Assembly (NCBI GenBank): GCA_020059465.1
Contig: JAGVBZ010000025.1
Span: forward strand, 2,913-66,912
Direction: 5' to 3'
DNA: 64,000 nucleotides
DNA from: Brevinematales bacterium
GTDB lineage: Bacteria; Spirochaetota; Brevinematia; Brevinematales; GWF1-51-8
Positions within the stretch are counted from its first letter, which is position 1, and each line of letters opens with the position of its first letter. Below the pieces are notes generated by a model. The model saw nothing but the letters and a program-made list of their open reading frames with translations, was not told the DNA's origin and made no database searches. Positions 52,165 to 62,608 of this stretch are shown here, piece after piece. The position numbers were made by a program, and so were the translations under genes.

Positions 52165-52629
52165 CTAACGGTAATTCTTCATTTCGCGGTCCATATCCCG
52201 CTTGATATCTTTTTCGCGGATCGCGTCGCGTTTGTCGTGAACCTGCTTACCCTTGACCAATCCGACCTGCAGTTTCGCGAACCTGCCCTTGATATATATC
52301 TTTAACGGTACGAGCGTATAACCCCTCTGCATAATCAGGTTCGTCAGACGCAAGATTTCCTTTTTATGCAGGAGCAGTCTCCGGCTGCGGGTCGGGTCGT
52401 GATTGAATATGTTTCCGAACCCCCACGGGCTGATATGGATATTGAGAGCCTGCGCTTCGCCGTTACGGAGAAGCACGAAACTGTCCTTGAGGTTGACATT
52501 CCGCGAGCGTACCGATTTGATCTCGGTACCGCGCAGTTCTATCCCGGCCTCCATCGTTTCGATTATCTCGTAATCGTGATAGGCTTTTTTATTCGTTGCT
52601 ATATCGGTGAACGCTCTTTTTTCCGCCAT
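52165..52629 (-). CDS. smpB: SsrA-binding protein
   Basis: 154 aa with NKKAYHDYEI, EAGIELRGTEIKS and LLLHKKEI. Confidence 0.95.
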   Translation of the reverse strand: MAEKRAFTDIATNKKAYHDYEIIETMEAGIELRGTEIKSVRSRNVNLKDSFVLLRNGEAQALNIHISPWGFGNIFNHDPTRSRRLLLHKKEILRLTNLIMQRGYTLVPLKIYIKGRFAKLQVGLVKGKQVHDKRDAIREKDIKRDMDREMKNYR

Positions 52630-52640
52630 TTTCCTTTCCG

Positions 52641-52949
52641 TTACTGAATCACTCCGCCGGGAGTATTGAACCCGATATTATCGGGCAACGCGATCTCGCC
52701 GAACTTCTTCTCGAAATTTTCGACATTGTTCTCAAGGGCCTTCATGAACATCTTCGCGTTCTTCGGCGTCATTACGATACGGGAGACAACCTTAGCGCCT
52801 TCCTGCCCGGGCATGATCCTCGCAAAATCGATGACCAATTCTTCGGGGGAATGCGATACGATCACGAAGTTCGAGTATTTGATAAATCCCTCTTCGTTGG
52901 GGACCTCCACCTTTAAATTCTGCGGTTGGGGCTGGTTCTTCTCATTCAT
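52641..52949 (-). CDS. DUF3467 protein
   Basis: YSNFVIVSHSPEELVIDFARIMPG...VSRIVMTPKNAKMFMKALENNVENFEKKFGEI matches the DUF3467 pattern. Confidence 0.8.
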   Translation of the reverse strand: MNEKNQPQPQNLKVEVPNEEGFIKYSNFVIVSHSPEELVIDFARIMPGQEGAKVVSRIVMTPKNAKMFMKALENNVENFEKKFGEIALPDNIGFNTPGGVIQ

Positions 52950-52993
52950 CTGATTCTCCCTGATTTTTGCTACCGGTAATATTAATCATGCAG

Positions 52994-53028
52994 ATAAAAA
53001 AAATCAAGCGGGACGACGCCCGCTGATT
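52994..53028 (-). terminator. Rho-independent terminator of the rpsA-TPR operon
   Basis: On the - strand, ATCAGCGGG-CGTCGT-CCCGCTTGAT (one bulge) is followed by T8. Confidence 0.7.
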
Positions 53029-53090
53029 TATATTTCTTTATAATCTGATAAAGACTATGGCCAATCTCAGTTTTCCTCCGGCCGCCTCGC

Positions 53091-53894
53091 TTATTGGGGA
53101 GGAAGAAGCTGAATTCCGTCCGCGCCCTGTGGCATCGGGAGATTTTGTACCGGCGCCGCAGTGTTCGGGTTGGAGTAATAATATATTTTCGCTTTCGCAA
53201 ATTTATACCATTCGGAGTTCGTATAATTTTCCGATACCGCACGGTAGATATTCAGTGCGCCGTTGATATCATTCATCACTTCGAGGTTCTGCGCCTTGGC
53301 GATCATCGCGTACGGGGTAAAGCCTTCCTTCGAGTACTTTTCGATCACCGTATCATACTGCGCTATCGCGGAACGATAATCGTTCTTTATCTCATGACAG
53401 TAAGCAATCCCCAATGTGCCCATCGCCCGGTAAAAATCAGTCTTAGCATTAGCGACCACATCCGTATATAACGTATACGCCGCCGATAACACCTGATTCA
53501 TATCGGCGTCGCTTAACGATGATCCGACAGTGCGCTCAAGATAATTATTGGCGAGAAACATTCTCGCGCGGTTTGCGCTGACAGTTTCAGGATAGGTCTG
53601 AATAATGACGAACAGGTTGGATATCTGTGTCCAGAATATACGGTTCTGCTCCTGCGCGTTGGTAACATAATTCAGGTTCTCTATCGAACTGAGTGCGATA
53701 TCGTAGATACGTGTCGCCTCGTTCTCATCGTTGTTCTTATTCTGATTATTAATGAAAAGCACAATACTTCCCAAAACGATTATTACAAAAACCACCAATA
53801 GAGCGCGCTTGTTTTTATTAATAAACTCGACTGTTCTCTCGAGGAGAGTCGTTTTTTGAGCGTTGAATGCGGGTACAGGATTACTCTTCGACAT
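53091..53894 (-). CDS. Membrane-anchored TPR-like protein (YfgM/CpoB-like)
   Basis: N-terminal TM segment (ALLVVFVIIVLGSIVLFI), then helical-repeat units (ANRARMFLANNYL, FYRAMGTLGIAYCH, YAMIAKAQNL, WYKFAKAKIYY). Overlaps rpsA by 14 nt. Confidence 0.65.
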   Translation of the reverse strand: MSKSNPVPAFNAQKTTLLERTVEFINKNKRALLVVFVIIVLGSIVLFINNQNKNNDENEATRIYDIALSSIENLNYVTNAQEQNRIFWTQISNLFVIIQTYPETVSANRARMFLANNYLERTVGSSLSDADMNQVLSAAYTLYTDVVANAKTDFYRAMGTLGIAYCHEIKNDYRSAIAQYDTVIEKYSKEGFTPYAMIAKAQNLEVMNDINGALNIYRAVSENYTNSEWYKFAKAKIYYYSNPNTAAPVQNLPMPQGADGIQLLPPQ

Positions 53895-55677
53895 CGGTGC
53901 TCTCCGTATCTTTTGATTTCTTCTTTACAGTTTTTTTAGGCGCAGCGCTCTCGGCTTTCTCGGTTTTCTTTTTCTCCGGTTCGATTTTCAAGCCTTTAAA
54001 CTGGTCGGCCAATAACGATCCCATCGAGGTCGAATAAGCTTCGGTTTTACCGGATTCCTTAACGATATACTTTTGGAACTCGCGCTGTTCCTCAGCCTGC
54101 ATCAGGTCTTTGCGGCTCAGTTCGATCTTCGCCTTTGCGACATCCACATAGCGGACAGCCGCGCGGATCGGGTCGCCGACCTTCAATGTATCCTCGGTCT
54201 TTTCAGCGCCGTCCTTATTGATATTGGAAATATGAATGAAACCTTCGAGATTATTCTCCAGAGCGACGACTATTCCGTATTCCTGTATCGCCTTGACAGT
54301 ACCTTCTACCACCGAGTTCTTCGGGTAGTTCATCGAAAATGCCTGCAGAGGGTTATCGGAGAGCTGTTTGATGCCGAGGCGAAGTCTTTCCTTCCCCGGC
54401 TCGATCGACAGTACGATAACGTCAGTCTTGTCGCCCTTCTTAAATCTTTCCTTGAGATCGACCTCGTTCTCCATCCAGTCCACATCTTCCTTGCGGAGAA
54501 TGCCCTCGATACCGTCGTCGAACTTGATGAAAACCCCGAAATCGAGCACAGACGATACCGTGCCGGAAAGCTTCTTGCCCCGCGTATAATTCGCCTCGGC
54601 GTCGTCCCACGGGTTGGCCTGGAGTTCGCGCAGGGAAACATCCATTCTGCGGCGGTCTATTTCGATATTTTTTATCTTAACTTCAACCATTGCGCCCTTC
54701 TTCAGGGCTTTTTTCGGGTCGCGGACACGCTGGGTCCAGGATATTTCCGAAACATGCAGGAACGCTTCGATTCCTTCCTCCACCTCGACGACCGCGCCCT
54801 CCTTGCGGAAATGCACGACCCTGCCCTGAATAACATCGCCGACCGCAAAACGGTTTTCGATGTTCTCCCACGGGTTCGGGAGAAGCTGCTTCTTTCCGAC
54901 CTTGACGGAGTCCTTGGTCTTATCGAGGGAAATGATCTGTACCTCGAACTCGTCGCCGTATTTTACCACACCGCGAAAATCGCTCAGATACTTCCATGAA
55001 AAATCGGAGATATGCAGGAACGCCTTGATGCCCTCCACCGAGAGAATGATATAGTTCTGGTCAATCTCCTCGACAGACCCGTTGACAACATCCCCCACCT
55101 GATGGGTCTCGAAAAATTTTCCATAGAGTTTTTTTACAGTCTTCTGCAGATAAACCCTGCGGGAAATAATGATGCTAGTGCCGCGCTTTTCCAGCACGAC
55201 AAAATCGAATTTCTGTCCGATGATATTCTCGGGTTTTTCATATCTGCGTGTATCTATATGGGAATAAGGAAGGAACGCTTTTAAATCGCCGCCCAGATCG
55301 ACGGTAAAACCCTTGGGAATATTGTCGCGAACTACAACTTCCTTAACAGTGCCTTTCACCGGAAGTTCGAGACGGATTGCCTCATGGATGCTGTCGAGCA
55401 CACCCATTCTCTCCGCGCGGGTTTTAGAAGCGATAGGGACACCTTCCCGGCGGTCACCGGTCATCATAACATCGACCTTCGACCCGACAGCCGGCGGAGT
55501 TTCAAATTCATCCAACGGTACTACTACCTCGGATTTTCCCCCCATCTCCAAAAAGACGAGATTATTATCCACCGAAATAACCGTCCCGCTCCTAACAGGA
55601 CCCTCGGCTTCGGTGTCGTTCTTGAGCTCTTTTTCCATAGCTTGCAAAAAGATCTCGTCATGAGTGTTCGCTTCCAT
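53881..55677 (-). CDS. rpsA: 30S ribosomal protein S1
   Basis: 598 aa with six S1/OB repeats, each with G-x-V and (V/I)xxGhxGFLHhS(E/D) patterns (e.g. GIKAFLHISDFSW, GIEAFLHVSEISW), and a Lys-rich C-terminal tail. Confidence 0.93.
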   Translation of the reverse strand: MEANTHDEIFLQAMEKELKNDTEAEGPVRSGTVISVDNNLVFLEMGGKSEVVVPLDEFETPPAVGSKVDVMMTGDRREGVPIASKTRAERMGVLDSIHEAIRLELPVKGTVKEVVVRDNIPKGFTVDLGGDLKAFLPYSHIDTRRYEKPENIIGQKFDFVVLEKRGTSIIISRRVYLQKTVKKLYGKFFETHQVGDVVNGSVEEIDQNYIILSVEGIKAFLHISDFSWKYLSDFRGVVKYGDEFEVQIISLDKTKDSVKVGKKQLLPNPWENIENRFAVGDVIQGRVVHFRKEGAVVEVEEGIEAFLHVSEISWTQRVRDPKKALKKGAMVEVKIKNIEIDRRRMDVSLRELQANPWDDAEANYTRGKKLSGTVSSVLDFGVFIKFDDGIEGILRKEDVDWMENEVDLKERFKKGDKTDVIVLSIEPGKERLRLGIKQLSDNPLQAFSMNYPKNSVVEGTVKAIQEYGIVVALENNLEGFIHISNINKDGAEKTEDTLKVGDPIRAAVRYVDVAKAKIELSRKDLMQAEEQREFQKYIVKESGKTEAYSTSMGSLLADQFKGLKIEPEKKKTEKAESAAPKKTVKKKSKDTESTDVEE

Positions 55678-55754
55678 ATATGCCTCTTCATATTAAAAAT
55701 AATGTCTACTATTTTAGATAAAGCTCTTCTTTTTGTCAATTTTCACGCGGTTCA

Positions 55755-56414
55755 TCATTCCTGAACAGCTATATCGTCCAAATCGAATATCAGCACCTTT
55801 TCCTGCACGCCCTCGAACACCTTTACCAGAAACTTCTGGGGAATCAGGTACTCTTTTTTCCCTTTTTTTACGACATAGATCACACTGGTAGTGGTAATGA
55901 GGTCTTTCCCCAGAAGGTAATCGACCCGGACGATTTTTTTCGACGAATTCTCGACATATATGTTCAGCTTATTCTCCGCATTGGCGGGCTTCAGTTTCAA
56001 TGTCAGTACTTTTGTGCCGGGAGAATCCAAGAAGAACGAAAAATCATATTTATTCAGAAGGCTTTGTTCGCTCTGATTTGAAAGAATATTGCCTAATGTG
56101 AAGAAACTGACATAGTCGCCGAAAAGGTCCTCGTAGAATTCGTCCACATTTTTCACTTTAACACTGACTCCGGCGTCCCGCTTGAATACCAGTTCCACCC
56201 ACGGCTTTTTCTTCCCGTCGAGCAGCGCGGTCTTGGGTATCTTATCCAGTTCCTTTTCGATCGGTTTCCCGGTCAGCTTAGCGGAAAATGAGACCGGTAG
56301 TTTATCATAGACCGCTTTTCTTACTTCAAAGAAGTACTGCGCGGGGTTTGTCTGAGCATAGGCGATCACGAACAACCCGATCAGCGCCGATAACAATAAT
56401 ATTTTTCGAGGCAT
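55755..56414 (-). CDS. Hypothetical secreted protein (possibly LolA-fold)
   Basis: Signal peptide ending AYA-Q. 219 aa, beta-rich. The fold guess rests only on size and pattern. Confidence 0.5.
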   Translation of the reverse strand: MPRKILLLSALIGLFVIAYAQTNPAQYFFEVRKAVYDKLPVSFSAKLTGKPIEKELDKIPKTALLDGKKKPWVELVFKRDAGVSVKVKNVDEFYEDLFGDYVSFFTLGNILSNQSEQSLLNKYDFSFFLDSPGTKVLTLKLKPANAENKLNIYVENSSKKIVRVDYLLGKDLITTTSVIYVVKKGKKEYLIPQKFLVKVFEGVQEKVLIFDLDDIAVQE

Positions 56415-56570
56415 AAATATCTCTCCTTCTATTAACTATTTCTTTCTATTATTTTATCATAAAATCATCCATTTTTCAACGAACACTGAAAAACAGAGGA
56501 GATACTTCCGCCCCTGAAAATCGAAATCTTGACATATTATAGCCGGTATTTCGAAAAAGAAGGTTTTGCT

Positions 56571-57617
56571 TTAGTTCCCTGAAATTTTAAATACCTTGAT
56601 GCCCGCCGGCCCGTATGCGGCATAGATGAACGGCGTTGTGTCGGTGGAATAGAATATCTTGGACGCGATACCGCTGCTTTCGAGATACCGCCCCTTCAAT
56701 ACTACCGAACTGGACGACGCGATACTCAGCCAAAGCATACCGACCGAGCCGTCCGCTAAAAATATGTCGCTTCCGTTGACAATAACATCGCGCGCTTCGC
56801 CGGAAGTATCGTAGGAGGCCTTCAGTTTAGGTTTCGTAGGATCGCTGACATCGTACACCATCGCTCCGTAAAGCTGGTCGGCAATTACAAGCGTGCTTCC
56901 GGAAACCGATGTGGCATTCGCCTGACTGAGCGACCAAGATATGACCGAGGAAATCTTTCCGCTGGCCAAATCGACTATATAGACTCCGCCTTCCTTAGCC
57001 GCGACATAAGCATACCCTCCGGAGACGCTGATATCCGAGGCGGGCTTATTATCCAGCGATTTCGCCGCCGCCCCTGCAACACAACCGCCGGCTGCGCCGG
57101 GGGCTATGGTATAAGTAACCAGTCCCTTGGCCGAATCCGCGACATATGCCCGGGTAAAATCGTCCTTGATGGCTATCGTACCGCTGTTGTATCCGGCCAG
57201 ATCATTCGTTAAGTGCCCTGCGGGGAGAAGGATATTCGACGGGGTAGTGACATTGAGAATCATCATACCGCCCAATTCGTTGACGCTCCCGAGGGGAATG
57301 AACGCGTAATTCGATCCGCCGGTGGTTTTCACCACTACATCGTTTACAGGGACGTAAGTACTGTATGTCCCGCCGGTAACTTTTACCAGATTACTGGGAT
57401 TGACTATTTTATAGATAAGAAGTCCGTCATATCCGGCGGCCGCATAGAGGTATCCACCGCTGACATACACCGATTTTATCACCTCGGTAGTGGTAATTGT
57501 GGCAACCAGCGATATATTTGCGGTCCCGGAGGATGAATCCGCAGGTAATGTACACGCGCTATATCCGAATAAAAGCATCGATATAAACGCAATCATTGCA
57601 AACTTTTTACCTTCCAT
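56571..57617 (-). CDS. LVIVD-repeat beta-propeller lipoprotein
   Basis: Lipobox-like LFGYSAC. Six or more repeats of the G-G-x-h-Y-h-A-x-x-x-x-G-h-x-h-h-D/K-h type (GGYLYAAAGYDGLLIYKI, GGYAYVAAKEGGVYIVDL, LVIADQLYGAMVYDV). Confidence 0.8.
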   Translation of the reverse strand: MEGKKFAMIAFISMLLFGYSACTLPADSSSGTANISLVATITTTEVIKSVYVSGGYLYAAAGYDGLLIYKIVNPSNLVKVTGGTYSTYVPVNDVVVKTTGGSNYAFIPLGSVNELGGMMILNVTTPSNILLPAGHLTNDLAGYNSGTIAIKDDFTRAYVADSAKGLVTYTIAPGAAGGCVAGAAAKSLDNKPASDISVSGGYAYVAAKEGGVYIVDLASGKISSVISWSLSQANATSVSGSTLVIADQLYGAMVYDVSDPTKPKLKASYDTSGEARDVIVNGSDIFLADGSVGMLWLSIASSSSVVLKGRYLESSGIASKIFYSTDTTPFIYAAYGPAGIKVFKISGN

Positions 57618-57773
57618 GAAATGCTCCCCATTACTATTATATATATTATCTGCTATTTAATAATATAACTTTATCACTCGTTAAAATCAAGTAATGGGGG
57701 AATTTATTCCGAAAATATATTGATTATTCCTTTTTTTTATATAGAATAATAGGGTTACCAAACGGAGGCGAAA

Positions 57774-58148
57774 ATGAAAAAAATCCTTGCCATAGATGAC
57801 CATGAAGAGATTCTGAGCATCATCAAAACCAAGCTCTCCAGAAGCGGATATGAGGTGGAGACCCTTTCCGATTCGATGATGGCGATAGAGACTGTGCGAA
57901 GGTTTAAACCTGACCTCATCCTGCTGGATATCATGATGCCGAAAATCACAGGATTCGAGATATGCGAGGAACTTAAGTCCGAATCAGAGTTTAAGGATAT
58001 CAAGGTGGTGTTCCTGACCGCTAAGGATATGGACTTCGCAAGAAAAAAAGCGCAGGAGCTTCATGCCGACGGTTTTATCGCCAAACCGTTCTCACCGAAA
58101 GATATAGTCACATTTATCGAGGACTTGCTCGGAAAGAACAATGACTAA
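57774..58148 (+). CDS. Stand-alone response-regulator receiver (CheY-like)
   Basis: 124 aa with DD at 8-9, phospho-acceptor context LILLDIMMP, FLTAK and IAKPF. No output domain. Confidence 0.92.
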   Translation: MKKILAIDDHEEILSIIKTKLSRSGYEVETLSDSMMAIETVRRFKPDLILLDIMMPKITGFEICEELKSESEFKDIKVVFLTAKDMDFARKKAQELHADGFIAKPFSPKDIVTFIEDLLGKNND

Positions 58149-58965
58149 GATATCCCGTTTCTTCCGCGCGGTCGGTAAAACGCTCAGCGCCCCGTTCCGG
58201 TGGGTCTTTCATAAAATGATGGATAAGCACGACGCGGTATTGGAAAAAAAGATCCGCCGCGAACTGGAAATCAGTCTCAGCCACGAGCTGAAAACCCCTC
58301 TTACCAGCATTTTCGCATATTCTGAACTGCTCATCGAGAGCCTGGAAAAGTACGGGACGAAAGAGGATAAGGAATCGATCAAGCTGATTTACCGTAAAAG
58401 CCAGGAACTGATCCGTTTTATCGATAATATCATCAATATCTCGATCCTCGAAATCAACCCGCAGGTTCTGTTTTCCACGAAAATCAACCTGTCCAATATT
58501 ATAATCGAGGCCATCAACCGTTTCCGGACATTCTATGAAATCGGGCGGGGTGTGACAATCACTACCAGTATCGAGCCGGATTTGAACGTATTCGGCAACG
58601 ACCGTCTCTTTCAGACCGTGTTTTTCGAGCTTCTGAGCAACGCCTACCTCTATAAACGGGATAAAAAACCGGTAAATATCGATCTTTCTGTAAAAACTGT
58701 GTTGAAAAAAGATAAGGATAAAACCGCCGAATTCTGCGAATTTACCATCACGGATAACGGGATCGGTATCAAGCCGAGCAACCTCAACAGGGTATTCGAG
58801 AAATTCTTCCGGGTAGAGGAAGCCGATACCGCGCAGACCTCTGGATTGGGGATGGGACTGACTCTTGTAAAAAGGGCGCTCAGTTTTTATAACAGCACCA
58901 TAGATATAACGAGTATTTACGGGAAAGGGACGACTATTACTATCGAGTTTCCGTTATACCGTTAG
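58141..58965 (+). CDS. Soluble sensor histidine kinase
   Basis: Overlaps the receiver gene by 8 nt. H-box LSHELKTPLTSI, N-box LLSNAYLY, G1 DNGIGI, G2 GLGMGL. No TM segment. Confidence 0.9.
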   Translation: MTKISRFFRAVGKTLSAPFRWVFHKMMDKHDAVLEKKIRRELEISLSHELKTPLTSIFAYSELLIESLEKYGTKEDKESIKLIYRKSQELIRFIDNIINISILEINPQVLFSTKINLSNIIIEAINRFRTFYEIGRGVTITTSIEPDLNVFGNDRLFQTVFFELLSNAYLYKRDKKPVNIDLSVKTVLKKDKDKTAEFCEFTITDNGIGIKPSNLNRVFEKFFRVEEADTAQTSGLGMGLTLVKRALSFYNSTIDITSIYGKGTTITIEFPLYR

Positions 58966-58976
58966 GAGCCGTATAG

Positions 58977-61220
58977 TTGAAGATACAGCAGAAAATGATT
59001 GTTTCTCACCTGATCGTGGGCGTAATACCTGTCATGCTGGCATTCGTGATACTTTCGCTGGCGATTATCAACAGCTCCCGTCAGGGAGTCGCCGGGCGTC
59101 TCGAGGCCACTCTCGAACGAATCCGTTTTCTGATCGATTCCGATATGGAGAAGAACCGGGTAATCTCGTCCGTATTCAGTAAAAACATTCTTATTGAGTC
59201 GCTCAAGAAGGGCAGTACGAATATCATGCCGCCCGGATTTAGTCTGAACTCCTTTTCGATAGATATGGTCTCATTTACCTTTTATACGAATATTGTCCTG
59301 AGATATAGTCTCCATCCAGAAAGTTCGGCGTATTTCACCACAGATTCCATGCGCCGGTATATTTGGGATTTTCTTGCAAATCCGTATTATACCCCGGAGC
59401 ATTCGCTGACATTCCCCGATATCGTTTCGAATATGGTTGTTATGCGGAACTGTTCTACTATCTACGACAACGAGAAGAAAAAGAAGATCGGGCTATCGAT
59501 CGTCAGCGCTGTCCTGGACACTGACTACCTGAAGTCGCTCGATCAGGGGAATCCCGACCTCATTGTATTCATCGAAACTCCGCAGGGAATCCTTTTCAGC
59601 CGTTCCGTTTCCAAGAACATGAAGGAGACCGAAGCGGTCATCAGGGACACGGAAACCGTTAAACCGGGAGTCCCTCAATTGATCGACCTGAAGGCCGAGG
59701 GAAAGTATTATGTATTCAAAACCGCGCTCTATTCCCTCCCCTCGAAGGGAACAATCCATCTGGGGATTCTTTACGGCTTCGAGACCGTGAACGCTATGCT
59801 GAACCTGTTCCAGCAGGTCAGTTTTGTCATTTTCTTCATCGGAGTGCTTCTCGCATCGATTATCGCGATCGTATTCGCGCGGAAAATCACGATACCGCTT
59901 CTCGTGCTGAAATCGATGGTAAAAGACTTTCAGAGCGGTGTTCAGGCGATCCCCTCGCCGGATATGGTTTCCGATGAAATCTCTCTCCTCCAGCAGAGTT
60001 TCAGCGAAATGGCGACCGATATCCTCTCCAATAAGGAAAAGCTCAATTCATATAATTCCGCGCTTTCCCGCGAAGTGGAAACCAAGACACAGGATTTGCT
60101 GAATAAAGTCCGTGTCCTGACCCTGATAAACGATTTCAGTTCGTTCAGCATGAAGACGGAGATTGTCGACGAAACCCGATATATCGAACGGGTCATTCTT
60201 GAACTGCGTAACCTTCTTCGCCTGAACTATATCTCTGTTTTCAATCAGATGCGGAGGGAAGTAGTCAAGATGCATTTCCTCTACTCGAATCCGAAATTCC
60301 CGGAACCCGATAAGCGGATATTCCGGATCGAGGAACGAGCCGCGAAACGGGTGTTTTCGTCCGCGGAAATCATTTCCCGTTCGAGCGGCGGCTTCTGCAT
60401 AATGGCGTTCCCCGTATACTTTGTCGACCAGCTCGAGTACGGTATTGTAATCATGTGCGAATCGAAGAAGGGCAGCTTCATTCTGGACACCATGAGCACG
60501 ATCCTCAACCTGATCGCTATGAAAATATATTCGATCCGCATCAATTCCGAAAAAATCCATTCGGAAAAACTCGCCTCGCTCGGACAATTCGCGAGCACGA
60601 TTATCCACGATATCAAGAACCCGTTGACCATCATCCGCAGCGGGATCGAGGTGCTCGGCGACGAGGACTTTACCGCAAACGAGAAGGACGAATACCTCCG
60701 CATGATCATGAGCGAGATCGACAGGCTGACCAATATGCTCAATGATATCCTCGATTTCGCGAAGGGAAGCATAATTCTGCATTACGAACAGGTCGAGATC
60801 GATCCGCTGATCGAGAATCTTTCCCGCATGTTCGTGCAGAAGGCCGAAAAACACAACATCAAGCTGGTAATCGACTGTGAATCGGGAATCACCCTGAAGA
60901 TAGACAAGTACCGGATGATCCGTACGCTCAGCAATATTATCACCAACGCTATCGAGGCGGTAGGCGACGGCGGAAAAATAACAATTTCCACCCAAAAGAA
61001 AATATTCGACCTGCTGATAAAAATCGAGGACAACGGCCCGGGTATCCCGGAGGATATCAAGAACCTCATCTTCGAACCGTTCATAACACATGGAAAGAAA
61101 GAGGGGACGGGCCTCGGACTCTCCATCGTAAAAAAGATCATCGAAGCCCACGGCGGCAATATCACATTCAAGTCCGCCCCGGGCAGCGGAACAACTTTCT
61201 ATATTTCCTTGCCATTATAA
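58977..61220 (+). CDS. Membrane sensor histidine kinase (periplasmic domain, HAMP, GAF-like region, HisKA, HATPase)
   Basis: TTG 58977, or ATG 58995. Two TM segments flank about 270 aa. H-box FASTIIHDIKNPLT, N-box ITNAIEA, DNGPGI and GTGLGLS. Confidence 0.9.
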   Translation: MKIQQKMIVSHLIVGVIPVMLAFVILSLAIINSSRQGVAGRLEATLERIRFLIDSDMEKNRVISSVFSKNILIESLKKGSTNIMPPGFSLNSFSIDMVSFTFYTNIVLRYSLHPESSAYFTTDSMRRYIWDFLANPYYTPEHSLTFPDIVSNMVVMRNCSTIYDNEKKKKIGLSIVSAVLDTDYLKSLDQGNPDLIVFIETPQGILFSRSVSKNMKETEAVIRDTETVKPGVPQLIDLKAEGKYYVFKTALYSLPSKGTIHLGILYGFETVNAMLNLFQQVSFVIFFIGVLLASIIAIVFARKITIPLLVLKSMVKDFQSGVQAIPSPDMVSDEISLLQQSFSEMATDILSNKEKLNSYNSALSREVETKTQDLLNKVRVLTLINDFSSFSMKTEIVDETRYIERVILELRNLLRLNYISVFNQMRREVVKMHFLYSNPKFPEPDKRIFRIEERAAKRVFSSAEIISRSSGGFCIMAFPVYFVDQLEYGIVIMCESKKGSFILDTMSTILNLIAMKIYSIRINSEKIHSEKLASLGQFASTIIHDIKNPLTIIRSGIEVLGDEDFTANEKDEYLRMIMSEIDRLTNMLNDILDFAKGSIILHYEQVEIDPLIENLSRMFVQKAEKHNIKLVIDCESGITLKIDKYRMIRTLSNIITNAIEAVGDGGKITISTQKKIFDLLIKIEDNGPGIPEDIKNLIFEPFITHGKKEGTGLGLSIVKKIIEAHGGNITFKSAPGSGTTFYISLPL

Positions 61221-61271
61221 CCTAAATATGTAAAAATATCCGGCAGAATATTTAAAGCGGAGAATATAACC

Positions 61272-61892
61272 GTGATCGAAATCCGCGGCCTGACCGTACT
61301 CTACCCCAACCGTTCCATCGTTTTCCCCGGGAATATCGATATCCCTCCGCGCGGAAGTTTCCTGATATCCGGCGACAACGGGTGCGGAAAAAGTTCGCTT
61401 GTCCGCGCCGTACTCTGCCTGCACGGGGAGTTCGACGGGATGATCGGTATCGACGGCGCGGATAACCGTTCTATGAAGCGGATCGATATCGCGCGGAAGG
61501 TCTCGTACCTGCCCCAGACCGGCGGTACACAGATCGAGCTGAACGTACGCGATTTTATTATTCAGGGAATGTACGCGCTCGGTCCATCCGCGGACGCAGG
61601 AAAACGCTATGAAACCATCTCTGACGCTCTGGGATTAACGGGGTTTTCGGAACGGAATTATGCCGAACTGTCGGGCGGGGAAAAACAGCTTTGCCGGATC
61701 GCGCGGTCGCTGATAGCGCCGGTACCCTACTCGTTCCTCGACGAGGCCGACGCGTTCCTGAGCAGAAAAAACCGCACGCGGTTCTACGATTATCTCGGCA
61801 TACTTTCCGCCGAACGCGCGGTGATATTGGTGACCCATTCGCCGTCGGACGCTCCGGACGGATTTGAAACTCTTTTAGAAATGTATGAATGA
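61272..61892 (+). CDS. ABC transporter ATP-binding protein (short, FepC/ZnuC-like), no adjacent permease
   Basis: GTG start. Walker A GDNGCGKSS, signature LSGGEKQL, Walker B FLDEADAFL, H-loop VTHS. Confidence 0.8.
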   Translation: MIEIRGLTVLYPNRSIVFPGNIDIPPRGSFLISGDNGCGKSSLVRAVLCLHGEFDGMIGIDGADNRSMKRIDIARKVSYLPQTGGTQIELNVRDFIIQGMYALGPSADAGKRYETISDALGLTGFSERNYAELSGGEKQLCRIARSLIAPVPYSFLDEADAFLSRKNRTRFYDYLGILSAERAVILVTHSPSDAPDGFETLLEMYE

Positions 61893-61897
61893 CGGAT

Positions 61898-62608
61898 TTA
61901 TTCGAATTCTTTGGCCTTGGCGAAATCGAGGATGACATGCACCCCGAACGATACGGCAAACCCTCTGAGAGCAAGAGCCGCTTTGGGATTTGAGTAATTT
62001 GCCTGGGTGACATTCGCTCCCTTATCGCCGTAATAAACCGTACCGGTCAGATTGAGCGGCGCGCTGACATAGAGATACGACACCGACAGGTCGAACGAGA
62101 AGATGCTCCAACGGTAGCCTATTCCGCCGCCGAACGTATAACCCAATCCGAGTTTATTCTCGAAACTCATCTGCGAATAAGCCGAATCGTACCCGCTGGC
62201 TGCGGCAAGGTCTTTATCGATATTACCCTTGAGAGGCTCCAGATTGATATTCCAATTCACGATACCTCCGACAAAATACCGGAAGAAAAGATTTCCGAGG
62301 GGTATCCGTCCCTCAAGCTGTGTCTGGAACATGAACGAATCTGCAAAAAACCATCCGCTCGTCGCCATACTCTCGTTGACAACTTCCATACCGTAGACCC
62401 GGTTATAACGGATAGACAGGGGCTTGAAGTAGAGGATATCTTCGATCAGGGGAAGGAGAAAAAAATCGGAAACAATATCGCCGCTAATCTCTGCGGAAGC
62501 CGCGGCTTTATTGGGAAAAAGCAGCGTGAAACTCGTGCCGATTTCGGCAAAGGCGCAATTCACCATGATAAAAAGAAGCAGTATGCCGCGTAAAATTGTC
62601 ACATTCAT
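61898..62608 (-). CDS. Putative outer-membrane beta-barrel protein
   Basis: ATG 62608 yields the signal peptide MNVTILRGILLLFIMVNCAFA-E, while the track start 62728 adds 40 unlikely residues. Alternating aromatic/Gly strands (GLGYTFGGGIGYRWSIFSFDLSVSYLY). Confidence 0.55.
   Translation of the reverse strand: MNVTILRGILLLFIMVNCAFAEIGTSFTLLFPNKAAASAEISGDIVSDFFLLPLIEDILYFKPLSIRYNRVYGMEVVNESMATSGWFFADSFMFQTQLEGRIPLGNLFFRYFVGGIVNWNINLEPLKGNIDKDLAAASGYDSAYSQMSFENKLGLGYTFGGGIGYRWSIFSFDLSVSYLYVSAPLNLTGTVYYGDKGANVTQANYSNPKAALALRGFAVSFGVHVILDFAKAKEFE

Noticed and set aside
52950-53090. Looked for tmRNA (ssrA) next to smpB
   Set aside because: The flanking intergenic regions (52157-52164 and 52950-53090) contain only a terminator hairpin. 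There is no tRNA-like acceptor/T-arm (GGTTCGAATCC-type) sequence or tag-peptide reading frame.
54073-54999. 308-aa + strand ORF
   Set aside because: It is antisense to rpsA, which has six clear S1 repeats. It is a shadow ORF.
60048-61151. 367-aa - strand ORF
   Set aside because: It is antisense to the histidine kinase gene, whose H, N and G boxes are all in the + frame.
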